A stretch of 64,000 nt of DNA from Octopus sinensis. Lineage: Eukaryota. Location: positions 25,792,001 to 25,856,000 of the forward strand of contig NC_043012.1 of the NCBI RefSeq assembly GCF_006345805.1. Reading direction: 5' to 3'. Both the position numbers and the translations under genes were made by a program. Under the pieces are notes generated by a model. That model ran no database searches. It had not been told where the DNA came from and saw only the letters and a list, made by a program, of their open reading frames with translations. Positions 13,827 through 26,295 of the stretch are shown piece after piece (the first letter of the stretch is position 1; each line of letters begins with the position of its first letter).

Positions 13827-14150
13827 TTTGTTGCGTCTGAGGAGAGTCATTCTCTTTTATTATTTAACACACTCACTGGTAATATTTCCACTCGTTTATT
13901 TATTCGTTTTTCCTAAGTAAATAAGTGGAAAATTTACCGGTTAGTGTGTCAAATACTAAATCACTAAATGTTAATGACTCTCTCCAGACGCAACAATATA
14001 TGTGTGTGTGTGACCGCGTGTGTATCGTTTGAGATTTTCTTTTTCCGTCTTCCCTTCTTTGGAATTTTTCTATATTTCTGATGAAGAGCTTCGCTCGAAA
14101 CGTGAAATTCTCTTTTTTTTCTTTTGATTTCGAACCTTGTACCTAAACAA
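13827..14150 (+). mobile_element. Penelope-like terminal fragment with inverted arms
   Basis: Imperfect inverted repeat 13827-13902 / 13918-13996, followed by a pLTR-like segment similar to 21720-21825 that carries a hammerhead core. Confidence 0.5.
14074..14108 (+). ncRNA. Minimal type I hammerhead motif, predicted non-cleaving (GUG triplet)
   Basis: ATTT-CTGATGA-A-GAGC ttc GCTC-GAAA-CGTG-AAAT. Confidence 0.6.
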
Positions 14151-15149
14151 AAATCTAATTTCAAAGCACACCATTTAAACTAGAAGTCTATGACACAAAA
14201 CTGCTGCCAGACTACATTAATAATTATAGTAAAAAATTAAATAGTCAAACCTCAAAAAATCTAGTTTGCTTTAAATTTACACAAAACTGCATCATACAAG
14301 CATGCCGAGTATCCATTAGACAAAATTTACAGTCAGTTGTCTAATACAAAAATTTGGCTACATGAAAAATTAATTCATACACCCTCTAGCTATTTATATA
14401 AATTTTTCAACATTTATCTTAACAGAAAATAGCTAGCAAAATTACTACACAACCTGTCAAATATGCAGGGATCGAAATTCACATAAATATTATAATATAA
14501 GATGTGATACAGAAATTATTTTAAAACTGACAAGTAAAAAGTTCTCGCGAATTCCTGGAGCATAAAATAATTCCATAACTGCCTAACTCAAAGCACAAAT
14601 TGTATAAACTAAGCAAGCAATCACAGTTTCTAGAATCCAACTGAACCGCCTCTCACAGAGAAACTGTCGCAAAAAAACAAAAAACAGAGTGAACAATTAT
14701 CTCTGCTTATAAAGGCTTGGCAAGGTCTTAGCCAAATTGTTACAGTTTCACAGTTTGGCTATTAAGACCTGGCTTCCCCCATTTTGACAATGGACTTCAT
14801 CCTGATTTCACAGTGCTGTATGAAAAACTGTCTGTTTTTTTTTTTTTATCTACTAACAGGCGTACATCGAAATACTTAAGACAAATACAACACGTACAGA
14901 CGAGACACAACATAAAATCGGGGAACTAAAAATAAAACTAGGCATTTGAGAAAAGAAGTAAAACCAAGAGAGACGAATGAATTATGAAAAAGATGAGACA
15001 ATGAGGCGGACCACTCGTCCGACGAAGTCGAGTGGTTACATTTAGACAGTTTTTTCTCTTTTTTTTTCTCATTCTTTTTCACAACATATTCTCGACCGTT
15101 TTTTCTCTTTTATTTTTTTCATTCTTTTTTCAGAACACATTCTCGAAAA

Positions 15150-16437
15150 AATTTACAATTTTCTTCTCAACAGAAATAGTTCACATTTTCCCCCTAAAAT
15201 GTTTATTCTAAATTTATTACCTCTCTCTTGAAATTTTCCAGTCTCGTAAAGTCCACAACCATTATTGTACACTGGCCCATCCAATCCTGCCATGGACTCT
15301 CTGTAATGTTTCCACAGTTCTTTGCTTGCTGACTCACTCACACTTACACACTTTTCCTCCTCTCTTTAGGCAGTTTTACTCTCACCAAATTTTTCCACTT
15401 TGATATTTTCTTCTCCATCTGTATTGATTTCTTGTAAAAAATCAGGACTCCTTTATGCTCATTTAAAAACTCACTGGTCTTTGCACCTCCTGGTCTTTGC
15501 TCTACTTCTTGTGTTTCAGGTAGCTCTATATCCTTCATGTCCGTCTTCTCTGCTTCTGCTGTCGCTTTCTGTAACATTTCCCTAGATTTTGCCTTCTTCC
15601 TTTTCTTGGGGCTCACGACTCCAGCGCTCTCCTCTTTTGTTGCTTTTGTTTCTTTCTCTATCTCTCCCATTTCTTGCTTACAGTTATTATTTATTATCTT
15701 TTCTGTTTCTCTCTTCATCCTTCTTTGCGTCTCCATTTCTCCTTCTGTCACCTCTTTCTCATTCAGTATCGGCTCGTTCTGTTTATTTTTATATTGCGGG
15801 CACTTCAATTTCATATGTCCCCTTTCACCGCAGATGTAGCTATTGGGTCTGCGACCCTCTACTATTACATTCAGGAAATTTTCCCCTATTAGATAGGGAA
15901 GCTTCTCTATTAGATAGGGAAGCTTCTCTATATCTTTAAATGTTGCGCAGAGCCACATCTCAACGGTACTAGTAGCGTAGACTGGTCCCGGTTTGCGCAC
16001 ACGCGCGTCCATGCTAAACAGACGTAGGCAGTCGATCCTACGAGCTGACTGGCGCATGCACGATATATACTTGTATATATACGATATATACTTGTATCGC
16101 ACGTCCCCGATTCGCGCGCGCGAATCGGGGACGTGCGATACAAGTATATATCGTATATATACAAGTATATATCGTATACAAGTATATATCGTATATATCG
16201 ATACAAGTATATATCGTGCATGCGCCAGTCAGCTGGTAGGATCGACTGCCTACGTCTGGCTAGCGCGGACGCGCGTGTGCGCAAACCGGGACCACTCTAC
16301 GATACTAGTACCCATCTCAACTTCACTTCCCCCACCAATTGAGCATGTCTGTTCTTCCAACCTCTGTGTCATCTGGCCTATCTTCGGTGATCTTTATGAT
16401 TGCAATACCCTAACATGACCCCAAGTATAAAATTAAT
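15150..16437 (-). pseudogene. LINE ORF1 C-terminal part with degenerate zinc knuckle, interrupted by a foldback element
   Basis: VIVEGRRPNSYICGERGHMKLKCP (CX2CX4HX4C with the first C replaced by S), then a charged tail; the frame resumes at 16313-16437 (MLNWWG); in-frame 21-bp duplication gives EKLPYLI twice. Confidence 0.7.
15965..16312. mobile_element. Foldback (FB/Mutator-like) palindromic element with 9-bp TSD
   Basis: Palindrome centred on ttcgcgcgcgcgaa (16111-16124); catctcaac at 15956-15964 and 16313-16321. Confidence 0.85.
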
Positions 16438-16487
16438 ACATATTCATATACAAACGTATGCCCTCTCCACGAAACAACAGTACGTGT

Positions 16488-16660
16488 GGAAGTGCAACGG
16501 CCCAGTGGTTAGGGCAGCGGACTCGCGGTCGTAAGAACGCGGTTTCGATTCCCAGACCGAGCATTGTGAGTGTTTATTGAGCAAAAACACCTAAGCTCCA
16601 CGAGTCTCCGGCAGAGGGGGATAAACCCCGCTGTACTCTTTCACCACACTCTTTCTTCCT
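16488..16660 (+). mobile_element. SINE family C head
   Basis: tRNA-like ggcccagtggttagggcagcggactc...ggtttcgattcccagacc. Confidence 0.8.
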
Positions 16661-16906
16661 ACTTCAACCACAAAGCAGAGGAACCATAGTGTAACCCACT
16701 ATGGTGTGGTAAATTTTCAGACCCTAGTCTAGATTGCGAATCCTCTGTACCCCAGTATGGTTCAGCTCTTCACCCGTTAAAGGCCGCCGTTTACGGAATG
16801 AGAATAACAACGTAGCTTTCGCACCCGTCCAACCGCCAGTCTATCGCGTGTGGTGGGTGGATTTTCAAGTTTCCACACGCATTCTCAGTTGCTTAGAGTA
16901 GGCTCG

Positions 16907-17505
16907 AATTAGAGATTATTCTTTGTGGCTAATGGCGTGAGTCCTGATTGGAAGAAGAAGAAGAAAACAGTACGTTTGTCGGGAAAAATGTCTTCCGATA
17001 TTTAATTCCATCGTGAGGCGTCAGAATTTGCAGAGTTGTTAGCACGCCGGACAAAATGCTTAGCGTTATTTCGTCTGCCGCTACGTTCTGAGTTCAAATT
17101 CCGCCGAGGTCGACTTTGCTTTTCATCATTTCGGAGTCGATTAAATAAGTACCAGTTACGCACTGAGGTCGATATAATCGACTTATTCCATTTGTCTGTC
17201 CTTGTTTGTCCTCTCCGTGTTTAGCCCCTTGTGGGTAGTAAAGAAATAGTTATTTCGTCTGTCATTATATTCTGAGTTCAAATTCTGCCGAAGTGTGTTC
17301 GCCTATCATTCTTACGTGATCGGTAAGACAAGTACCACCATCTCTCTAAATGGTTGGCATTGTGCCGAGAGAAGAATAAGATATTTAGTTACATTATTTC
17401 AGTCATTGCGGTCGACATTTTTCCCGACAAACGTACTGTTTTCTTCTTCTTCTTCTTCTTCCAATGAGGACTCACGCCATTAGCCACAAAGAATAATCTC
17501 TAATT
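16907..17505. repeat. Inverted repeat (86/92-bp arms) enclosing SINE B sequence
   Basis: 16907-16992 is the reverse complement of 17414-17505 apart from one substitution and (AGA)n length. Confidence 0.9.
17020..17300 (+). mobile_element. SINE family B plus a partial second copy
   Basis: Standard family B head, body and tail. Confidence 0.8.
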
Positions 17506-17507
17506 AG

Positions 17508-17668
17508 GAGGTGAGGATTGCAACAAAAGAAGAAGCGGCCTCACACTATGCAGCTGTCCTGCGATCAGAAAAGTTGGTGCTGTTACCTACGTATAAGGGA
17601 GGGCGCCACGTCCGGGTCAGGATAGCAAAGGTGCCATCTGATCTAAAGACGGAGTGGTTGGTAGCAGC
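17508..17668 (+). pseudogene. LINE ORF1 middle fragment
   Basis: EVRIATKEEAASHYAAVLRSEKLVLLPTYKGGRHVRVRIAKVPSDLKTEWLVAA, ended by a SINE B tail. Confidence 0.55.
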
Positions 17669-17843
17669 CTTTCGGTGCCGATTAAATAAGTACCAGTTAG
17701 GCACTGGGGTCGATGTAATCGACTTAATCCGTTTGTCTGTCCCTGTTTGTCTTCTTTGTGCTTTGCCCCTCGTGGGTATTAAAGAAAGAGTGTTTCGTCT
17801 GTCTTTAAGTTAGATAGACAGACAGACAGATATATAGATAGAC

Positions 17844-17894
<51 letters not shown>

Positions 17895-18612
17895 TCGAAA
17901 CCATACCTAATAGACTGAAGGAAATAGTGAATGAGAGGCTCGATTTAATTCCGCAGACACTAGAACTCATATCCGCGCACACAGACTGACATATATCGGC
18001 CGTATTTGCACACCCATGGATACAGACCAACTAATAATGGAGACACCACAGATGAATGCAGATAGCACGGAACAAATAAGGAAGACAATACATGTAGTAA
18101 ACTACACACATAAATACACACATACACACACATACATACACACACACACATTGGGCTATTATCAGCCATTTCTGCCGCCGGCACTATAAATTAATTCCAA
18201 TGCAGTTGAAGGAACAATAAACTAAAACTACAATTAAAAAAATAAAATCAAATAAAATGAAATGAAATAAGTCTCATAGACGTACACAAACGCACACACA
18301 CATACACACACAAATATAACACACACACACATACATGCATACACAGTCATATACATACTCTCACCATATACGGAAGCTCACCATTATATTGGTACAGCGC
18401 AGTCACAATCACTGACAGCAAGAATTCATAACATATACGCCTATGCGTACATACACATGTAGCGTTCCCTCCATGCCCACACAACCACTGCCAATATATA
18501 TATATATGTATGTACGCATATTTTTATATGTATATATATGTGTGTGTATATATATATATATATATATACATGCATACATGTATATACACACCACACTTAT
18601 ATATATATATAT

Positions 18613-18644
<32 letters not shown>

Positions 18645-18671
18645 CAAATACATGCATGTGTGTGTGCGGGC

Positions 18672-18705
<34 letters not shown>

Positions 18706-18765
18706 AATCTATCTATCTATCATCTATCTATCTATCTATCTATCTATTATCTCTCTTTCTCTCTA

Positions 18766-18816
<51 letters not shown>

Positions 18817-18979
18817 CTCTAATATATATATATATATATATGTAAGAAAAGGAATGTTGTCTAGATCGTATGTGATCTTCCTCTAGCATATTGGCTATCA
18901 CCTAGCGGTTATCTCTAAATATACGTATATATATATATATAATATTTACAGAGAGATAGAGAATAGATAGAGATATACA

Positions 18980-19025
<46 letters not shown>

Positions 19026-19713
19026 TATATATATATATAATCTATATATATATATATATATATATAGAATATATATATATATATATTATACCACATACAC
19101 ATGCACTATGTATGTATGTGTGTGTGTGTGTGTGTGTGGTGTTTATAGTTTAGACTAGTTAAAACGTGTTTGCAATAAGTACGCGTGGTGGAAATAAACG
19201 CAATTACCAAACTTTCATTCATAAATCCTTTTATTATTTCGTTCTTCTGCATTTCAATTTGTACATTAAGATTCTTTGAATATGTACGATGTACTTTACG
19301 CTTAAATAGTAATTCCGCTTAACGTTTGTGTAACTGAGATGTTTTGATTGGATTATATAGTCAATGGTGTTAGATTATTTTCTACATTCTGTAACTCACA
19401 ATATACTTACTTTTCTAGGCCTGAATTTTTTTGTGGGGAGTGGGCCAGTTGATTACATCGACTCCAGTACACAGCTGATACTTAATTTATCAACCCCGAA
19501 AGGACGAAAGGCAAAGTCGATCTCGACAGAATCTGAACTCAGAACGTAAAGATGGACAGTCTTAATATACAAATATTTCTCATGGCACCAGTACACTCTT
19601 TGCAGACGCTTACATTTTTTTTATTTTCCGTGTATTTTTCACGGGTCCAGGTAGTCATCATCATCATCATCACCATCGACATCATCATCATCATCATCAT
19701 ATTATTATTATTA

Positions 19714-19757
<44 letters not shown>

Positions 19758-19789
19758 GTAGTAGTAGTAGTAGTAGAAGTAGTAGTAGT

Positions 19790-20074
19790 AGTATTTTCTC
19801 TGTATCACAGGTTCTGTTGGAGCTCCTGAATCTTGCATGCGCAGCGGGCTTACTACTTATATCATACGGTACCATGCTATTCGTTCATTTCAGCTATCTA
19901 ATACATTCCTGATTATCCTGGCCGTGTCAAGGAGGCAAACCTTTTGCACTGCATTCCAATTTCCTTTATATTCCCCTTGATGCCTTCTGATAAGTTCCCA
20001 AGGGCCCAACAATAATTGGTACTATCTGCACTTTCATTTTTCATAACCGGGCTATTTCGTACTCAAGAGGGTGG

Positions 20075-20129
<55 letters not shown>

Positions 20130-20925
20130 ATTATATATTATATATATATATATATATATTGTCGCATTCTTTCTTGACTATCTGAAGGTCAAAGAGCTAT
20201 GCAATATCAACTATATATCATATGTGGTACACCATGTCCACTGCTGCCAGGTCCGGTCTGTTATGCTCTAGCACCTGATATGTTTCGATTGGGAAATCCC
20301 AGAGAATTTTACTAATCTATGGCTCTGCTATTCTCTGAAGTTTATGCTCATAGCTCGTCTTGAATCACTCTAGCCCCCACTTTTTGCACAGTTTCCAATG
20401 TAGCACTTCCGCTACCTGGTGGTGTCGCCACAACTTGTAGTGGTTTCGGGCAAGCCTAGGGCATTCGTTCTTGATATGGGCAATGGTTTCATCCACTCTA
20501 TTGCAGATGCGGCACAGCAGAGACAATTTCTCATTCCTCAGGTTAACCCTACAGTTCGTGGTCAGAGCTTGGCCCTGCGCTGCAGAGTTGAATGTTTTCA
20601 GTCTCTTTTTAAGTGTTCTTTTCGTCAGCTAATCCCACCTATTTGTTCCAGCAATTTCAGTTGTGGATTCATAGAATTGATTCTGTAGCCCCTTCTTTCG
20701 TAATTCATACTCATGTCCTTTTTACACTTCTTCCTTTGGTTTCCCTTTTATCTCTGCTCTGAATACTCCCTCGTTCCTAGCTGTCATTAGCAAGGTTACC
20801 TTACTTTGGTCTAGGTATCTCATTAAGCTTTCGAGTTCGATACGCACGCAGTCTTCCACACTTATCAGTCCTCTTCCTCCAGTTGCTCTCTTCATGTCCA
20901 GGCGGTCAGTGTCTGCACGCGGATC
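19790..20925 (-). mobile_element. R4/Dong-like non-LTR retrotransposon 3' fragment (thumb, CCHC, REL endonuclease), decayed
   Basis: Minus-strand DRLDMKRATGGRGLISVEDC and LCRICNRVDETIAHIKNECPRLARNHYKLWRHHQVAEVLHWKLC; homologous to 60335-60962. Confidence 0.85.
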
Positions 20926-20948
20926 ACTATTAGTATTATTATATATTA

Positions 20949-20982
<34 letters not shown>

Positions 20983-21598
20983 TCTGTTATTATTATTATA
21001 TTTATTATATTATTATTATTATTATTTATTATTATTATTATTATTATTTCTGTATTATTATTATTATTTTATTATTATTATTATTATTATCATCATCATC
21101 ATCATCATCCTTATTTGCGAAGGTGGCGAGGAGGCAGAACCGTTAGCACGCCCAGCAGATTGCACAGAGGTATTTTGCGTGTCGCTATGTTCTGAGTGCC
21201 GTATGCTGTTAGAAGAAAAGATTATCATTATGTGTCGTAGTAGTAGTAGTAGTAGTTGTTGTTGTTGTAGTTGTCAAAATAAAGCGTCTAAATTGCAGAA
21301 TCTTGTGCACGCCGGTTAAAGTGCTTAGCAGTGTTTCGTCCGCCTACATTTCGAATTCCAGTTGCGCCAAAGTCGACTCTGCCTTTTATCATATCCGTGT
21401 CGATAAACAAGTAACCGTTAGCCCTTGGGTCGATGAAGTTGCTTCTCTTCTTCCCTTGAAATTACTGGCCTTGTGCTGAAACTTAAAATCGTAGTTATTA
21501 TTCAAATTGTATTTAGGTTACTGCATTAAAACTCGTGTAATATTAACAAATATTCCAGTCGTCCGTGTAGTATGTGTCTACGAAACTCTCTCCCTCCT

Positions 21599-21632
<34 letters not shown>

Positions 21633-21637
21633 ATATC

Positions 21638-21670
<33 letters not shown>

Positions 21671-21719
21671 TATATATACATACATACACATACATATATA
21701 TAATATATATAATATATAA

Positions 21720-21918
21720 TGTGACCTCGTGTGTACCGTTGGCGATTTTTTTCCCTCTGTCTCCTTCTCGGGATCTTTCTTTCTCCTATGTTTCCGACGA
21801 AGAGCTCCGCTCGAAACGTTAATCCCTCCTTATTCCCTTCTTTCCTGAGCGTCCAATAATACAATATTTGTTCCACGTCCTCGCGTTTTGTGTTTTTTGG
21901 GTGTTTTCTTGTTTGGAT

Positions 21919-21925
<7 letters not shown>
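21720..21925 (+). mobile_element. Penelope-like terminal fragment with mutated hammerhead (21790-21824)
   Basis: GTTT-CCGACGA-A-GAGC tcc GCTC-GAAA-CGTT-AATC; flanked by (TA)n. Confidence 0.55.
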
Positions 21926-21979
<54 letters not shown>

Positions 21980-22015
21980 AATTGATCAAAATAAAAACAT
22001 GATGCCAAGGATTCA

Positions 22016-22093
22016 GCGGTACATATGTTTCGGGCCTTTATTAGACAGATTTATAACAATGCATAATGTATGTATGTGTCCTTCTTCAGCCGC
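22016..22093 (-). ncRNA. Type I hammerhead motif, long loop II
   Basis: Minus strand GCGG-CTGAAGA-A-GGAC...GGCCC-GAAA-C ATAT GT A-CCGC; stem II has an A-C mismatch. Confidence 0.6.
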
Positions 22094-22705
22094 GCACAAC
22101 AGCTTCCACAAGGACATGTGTTACATCAAAAATTCTTGGTTGGGGATGCAACATAATGCGGCAACAGCATAGAATTGAAGCGTCCATCTCTTTCTTCTCT
22201 CAATGTAGAATGAGGAAATTTGGATGTTGAAGTAATGTAAATAAATTAATAATAAATACATATATAGACGTGAAGGAACCTGGTAATAAGAGTAAATAGG
22301 GTAAGGTGGAGGGGCGAGAATTCAGGACGAAGGATAAAAAATATATAAAAAGTGTAAGTATAGAAAAAATAAAAATGTAGAGTATAAAGATATAAAGAAT
22401 AAGGAGATATAAAGAGGATATAAAGAGATAAAAAAATATAAATGAATATAAGGCATATGGTTATAAAGTAAAAATAGAAATAGAAATAAAATAAAAGTAA
22501 AAAAATAAAAATAGGAATAAAAATGATAAAAATGTAAAAAAATATAAAGATAAGGGATGTATAGAGGTTACGGACGAAACATGGTGGTCAGGAAAATGAC
22601 AAAATTTAGTTGTAGAAGCTTTGGATGTCAATAAATCAACAGGGGCGTCTGGGGACCTAGTGTATTGTAAATCAGAGTTGTTGAGCAGTTAATCTAGTTC
22701 CTTGA

Positions 22706-22735
<30 letters not shown>

Positions 22736-22736
<1 letters not shown>

Positions 22737-23148
22737 CTCTTACTCTTTACTCTTTTACTTGTTTCAGTAATTTGACTGCGGCCATGCTGGAGCACCGCCT
22801 TTAGTCGATCAAATCGACCCCGGGACTTATTCTTTGTAAGCCCAGTACTTATTCTATCGGTCTCTTTTTGCCGAACCGCTAAGTGACGGGGACGTAAAGA
22901 CACCAGCATCGGTTGTCAAGCAATGCTAGGGGGACAAACACAGACACACCAAACACACACACATACATATATATATAAAATAATACGACGGGCTTCTTTC
23001 AGTTTCCATCTACAAATCCACTCACAAGGCATTGGTCGGCCCGGGGCTATAGCAGAAGACAGTTGCCCAAGATGCCACGCAGTGGGACTGAACCCGCAAC
23101 CATGTGGCTGGTTAGCAAGCTACTTACCACACAGTCACTCCTGCGCCA
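22736..23148 (-). mobile_element. SINE family A, full length
   Basis: Head, body and tail as at 5686-6132. Confidence 0.85.
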
Positions 23149-23169
23149 TATAATATATATATATATATA

Positions 23170-23485
23170 TGTATGACCATGGGATTGCACTTAGAAAGTT
23201 ACCCTCTGAGTCACAAGTCCAGGCATGATTATTTATGGATGACCAGCAGTTGCCCGTGCATACCAGCCTCCCCTCTCCATGCCAGTGATGTTATCCAAGG
23301 GAAAAGCAAAAGCCGATACAGCTTGGCACCTGTGACGTCACAACTAACTTCTACAGCGGAGTGAACTGGAACAACGTGAAATAAAGTGTCATGCTCGAGA
23401 ACACAACACGCAACCGGGTACGGAAATCGAAGTCACAACCTCACGATCGAAAGCTCGACGCTCTAACCACGGAGCCTTGCGCCTA
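23170..23485 (-). mobile_element. tRNA-derived SINE (family D)
   Basis: Minus-strand tRNA-like head at about 23390-23485; gcaacgtgaaataaagtgtc block shared with 58060-58100. Confidence 0.7.
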
Positions 23486-23979
23486 CGTCTCTCTCGCCGT
23501 TCTCAACGCGTTCAAAATATTTTTCATTCGTTCTGGCTTAACAGCCCTCAGTGTTCGTGTTACTGTTATTCTCCTTGTCCTCTCTTTTACTGTTTATATT
23601 TTGTATTGTTTTTACTGTCCTGTTTTTGTTACCATTTTTACCCCACCGCAAAAAAATCTCAAATTTTATTTAATTTGCTTTTGCGGGAAGGACTGTTTCA
23701 AAGAAGTCGTGTCTCACCTTTACCTTCGAAACGCGGAGTAGATGAAACAGAGGCGGCTGAAGAAGGGGAATGTTCCTTGTGTTGTATGTCTTGTACTTTA
23801 TTTTTTCGTTGTTTAAGAAAAATGTCCATTTCTTTGGTTTTGTGCTTATGTTTTCGTTTCTCATTGTGTTCGACGTTTTTTGGTGTCCTGTATCCATATA
23901 TGCATGTATATATACATATAGATGTAGGTACGTACATATATGTATGTATGTATGCATATGTTTTAGTTATTATTTTGTC

Positions 23980-24016
<37 letters not shown>

Positions 24017-24103
24017 GTACACGCTTACATATATAAATATACACACACATATATAAATATATATATATATATATGCATGTTTAGATTTATATATATATAT
24101 ATA

Positions 24104-24205
24104 GTTGAAATAAAAAGGGTGAAAAATTGAATATTAATTCGATTAATGTCAATTTAAAAGCAGTGGTCTAGCATATACAAAAACCTGAAGATTCAGAAAA
24201 ATTAT
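24104..24205 (-). mobile_element. Penelope-like terminal fragment in (TA)n
   Basis: aagggtgaaaaattgaatattaatt...gtggtctagcatata also at 40518-40588; similar to 50815-50860. Confidence 0.45.
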
Positions 24206-24207
24206 AT

Positions 24208-24478
24208 TGCCACTAAATGGATATCTCTTATGCTAGATGTGGACCCCCTATGGTCTTACCACTAAGAAAGAAATGTTCTCATGAAAATTTAACAAAACGC
24301 CAAAACGGAAGCGAGCAAGAGAAATGGATAGGTATGTATCTTTTCATTTGTCTTGCTCCCTTACGTTTTGGTGTTTTGCTAAATTTTCTTGAGAACATTC
24401 CTTTCTTAGTGGCAAGTCCATAGGGGGTCGATTCCTAGCGTAGGTGACGTCCACTTAGTGGTCATCCCACTTATATAT
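24208..24478. mobile_element. TA-flanked MITE
   Basis: Inverted arms 24210-24252 / 24418-24463; related pieces at 27455-27585, 40590-40655 and 42715-42845. Confidence 0.55.
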
Positions 24479-24520
24479 ATAGCAGTGCCCGTACCCTTTT
24501 GGTCTTATATGTAAGTATAC

Positions 24521-24565
<45 letters not shown>

Positions 24566-24870
24566 CCTACATAAATCTCTCGATATGCATATACATGCAT
24601 ATATATATATATATGTATATAAGAGTTTCGTAAAACAAACGCCTATAGGACATGATCTCTCGAGTATAATATCTCAGTATTTGTTCTTCCCATATGCCAT
24701 CCATGTTAAGTTGGATACACTGATCGCCTTTTGTCTTTAATACTATTTCCGTCTGTAATAATAAAATTTTAATAGGCCTGCTGTCTGTTTGCGTTATCAG
24801 CATATTTTCAGATGCTGATATATTATACGTTGCAGCAACTATATTTGAATGGTGCACGGTGATGGGTGCT

Positions 24871-24992
24871 TATTACTGACGAGGTCTAACCGACCGAAAT
24901 CACGTGGCATAGAAATCTCGGTGCAGCCGACAGACGGATTTCGACTGCAGCGATCTATATGTGTGCTGTTATGCCACAAATGATAATATGGG
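24871..24992 (+). ncRNA. Hammerhead-like motif with extended stem III, damaged cleavage junction
   Basis: TATTA-CTGACGA-GGTC taacc GACC-GAAA, then ATCA/TGAT, GTGGCATA/TATGCCAC and GAAATC/GATTTC stems. Confidence 0.45.
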
Positions 24993-25209
24993 AAGATCTC
25001 TCATGGCTAATACCGCAGTTTTCTCTCTTCTATCATGGCATTCATGTGAAGTTGGATGTACCTATTGGTATTAATATTGATTTCGTCACTATTAATTAAT
25101 GTGTGTGTGTGTGTGTGCGTGTGTGTGTGTGTAATGAAAAGAAAGAGATGGAAGTGACTTCGTAATAGATATGTAGATATAGCTATAAGTATAGATACAT
25201 ATAATATAT

Positions 25210-25247
<38 letters not shown>

Positions 25248-26039
25248 ATATATAATATATTATATGTATTTATATATAATATACATACATATATATACAT
25301 ATATATACATATAATATATATATGTAGTGCATAATATATATATATACATATGTATGTATGTATGTATGTGTGTGTGGGTGGGTGTATGCATGTGGTATTC
25401 ACCACAATGTGTACAATCATTATACAACAAGACAAAAACAAATATGCAAACAGTTAACATAAAAAGAAAACAATACAAAAAAATAAAAACTGAATTTTTT
25501 TCCAGACGCTAATTAACGTTACAATGTTTCATTATACACTTCGATGAAGAGAAGAATAAGAACACGAACCACGTGACTACACTTGTTATCTAAAGGTCAC
25601 ACTTATTGTATTTCTTACATAATATCACACAATAAAAGCAGAATATCGAATAAAAAATTCAATATGTCACCGAGCACTTTGAAAATTGTATTTATTTTTT
25701 TGTTATTGCCTGCGAAATTTTGCGATAACCTAAAGTTATTAAAAATAGTGGAGCAACGCTACGTAACATACGCCGTGTACAGACCTGAATATTAGATATA
25801 GAAATATTAATTAATATCGCCAATAGTTTTAATTAAGCATTTATTTGAATGCATGTTTTTTTTTTAAATATTGTAGATAGCTGTCTCTAATATATTGGTC
25901 TGCTTAAATGTATACCTCGATATATATAGACTTATACTGTGACATATTATTTGTGTCTACATTTTTTTGTATTTTCTTGTAATGTAGAGCATTGTCAAAG
26001 GAAATTTATTTTTAGTTATGGAACAAAATGATTCTTTTG

Positions 26040-26254
26040 CTTTTTTACTTTTTCACTTGTTTCAGTCATTTGGCTGTGGCCATGCTGGAGCACCGCTTTT
26101 AGTCGACCAAATCGACACAGGACTTATTCTTTGTAAGCCTAGTGCTTATACTATCGGTCTCTTTTGCTGGACCGCTATGTTACAAGGACGTAAACACACC
26201 GGCATCGGTTGTCAAGTGATTTGGGGGGGGGCAAACACAAACACACAAACATAT

Positions 26255-26295
<41 letters not shown>

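Noticed and set aside
14170-14800. Possible Penelope ORF start (EQLSLL-KGL-like) downstream of the hammerhead
   Set aside because: Too many stops and only one weak motif to call.
23755-23780. CTGAAGA followed by a hairpin
   Set aside because: No GAAA after the stem.
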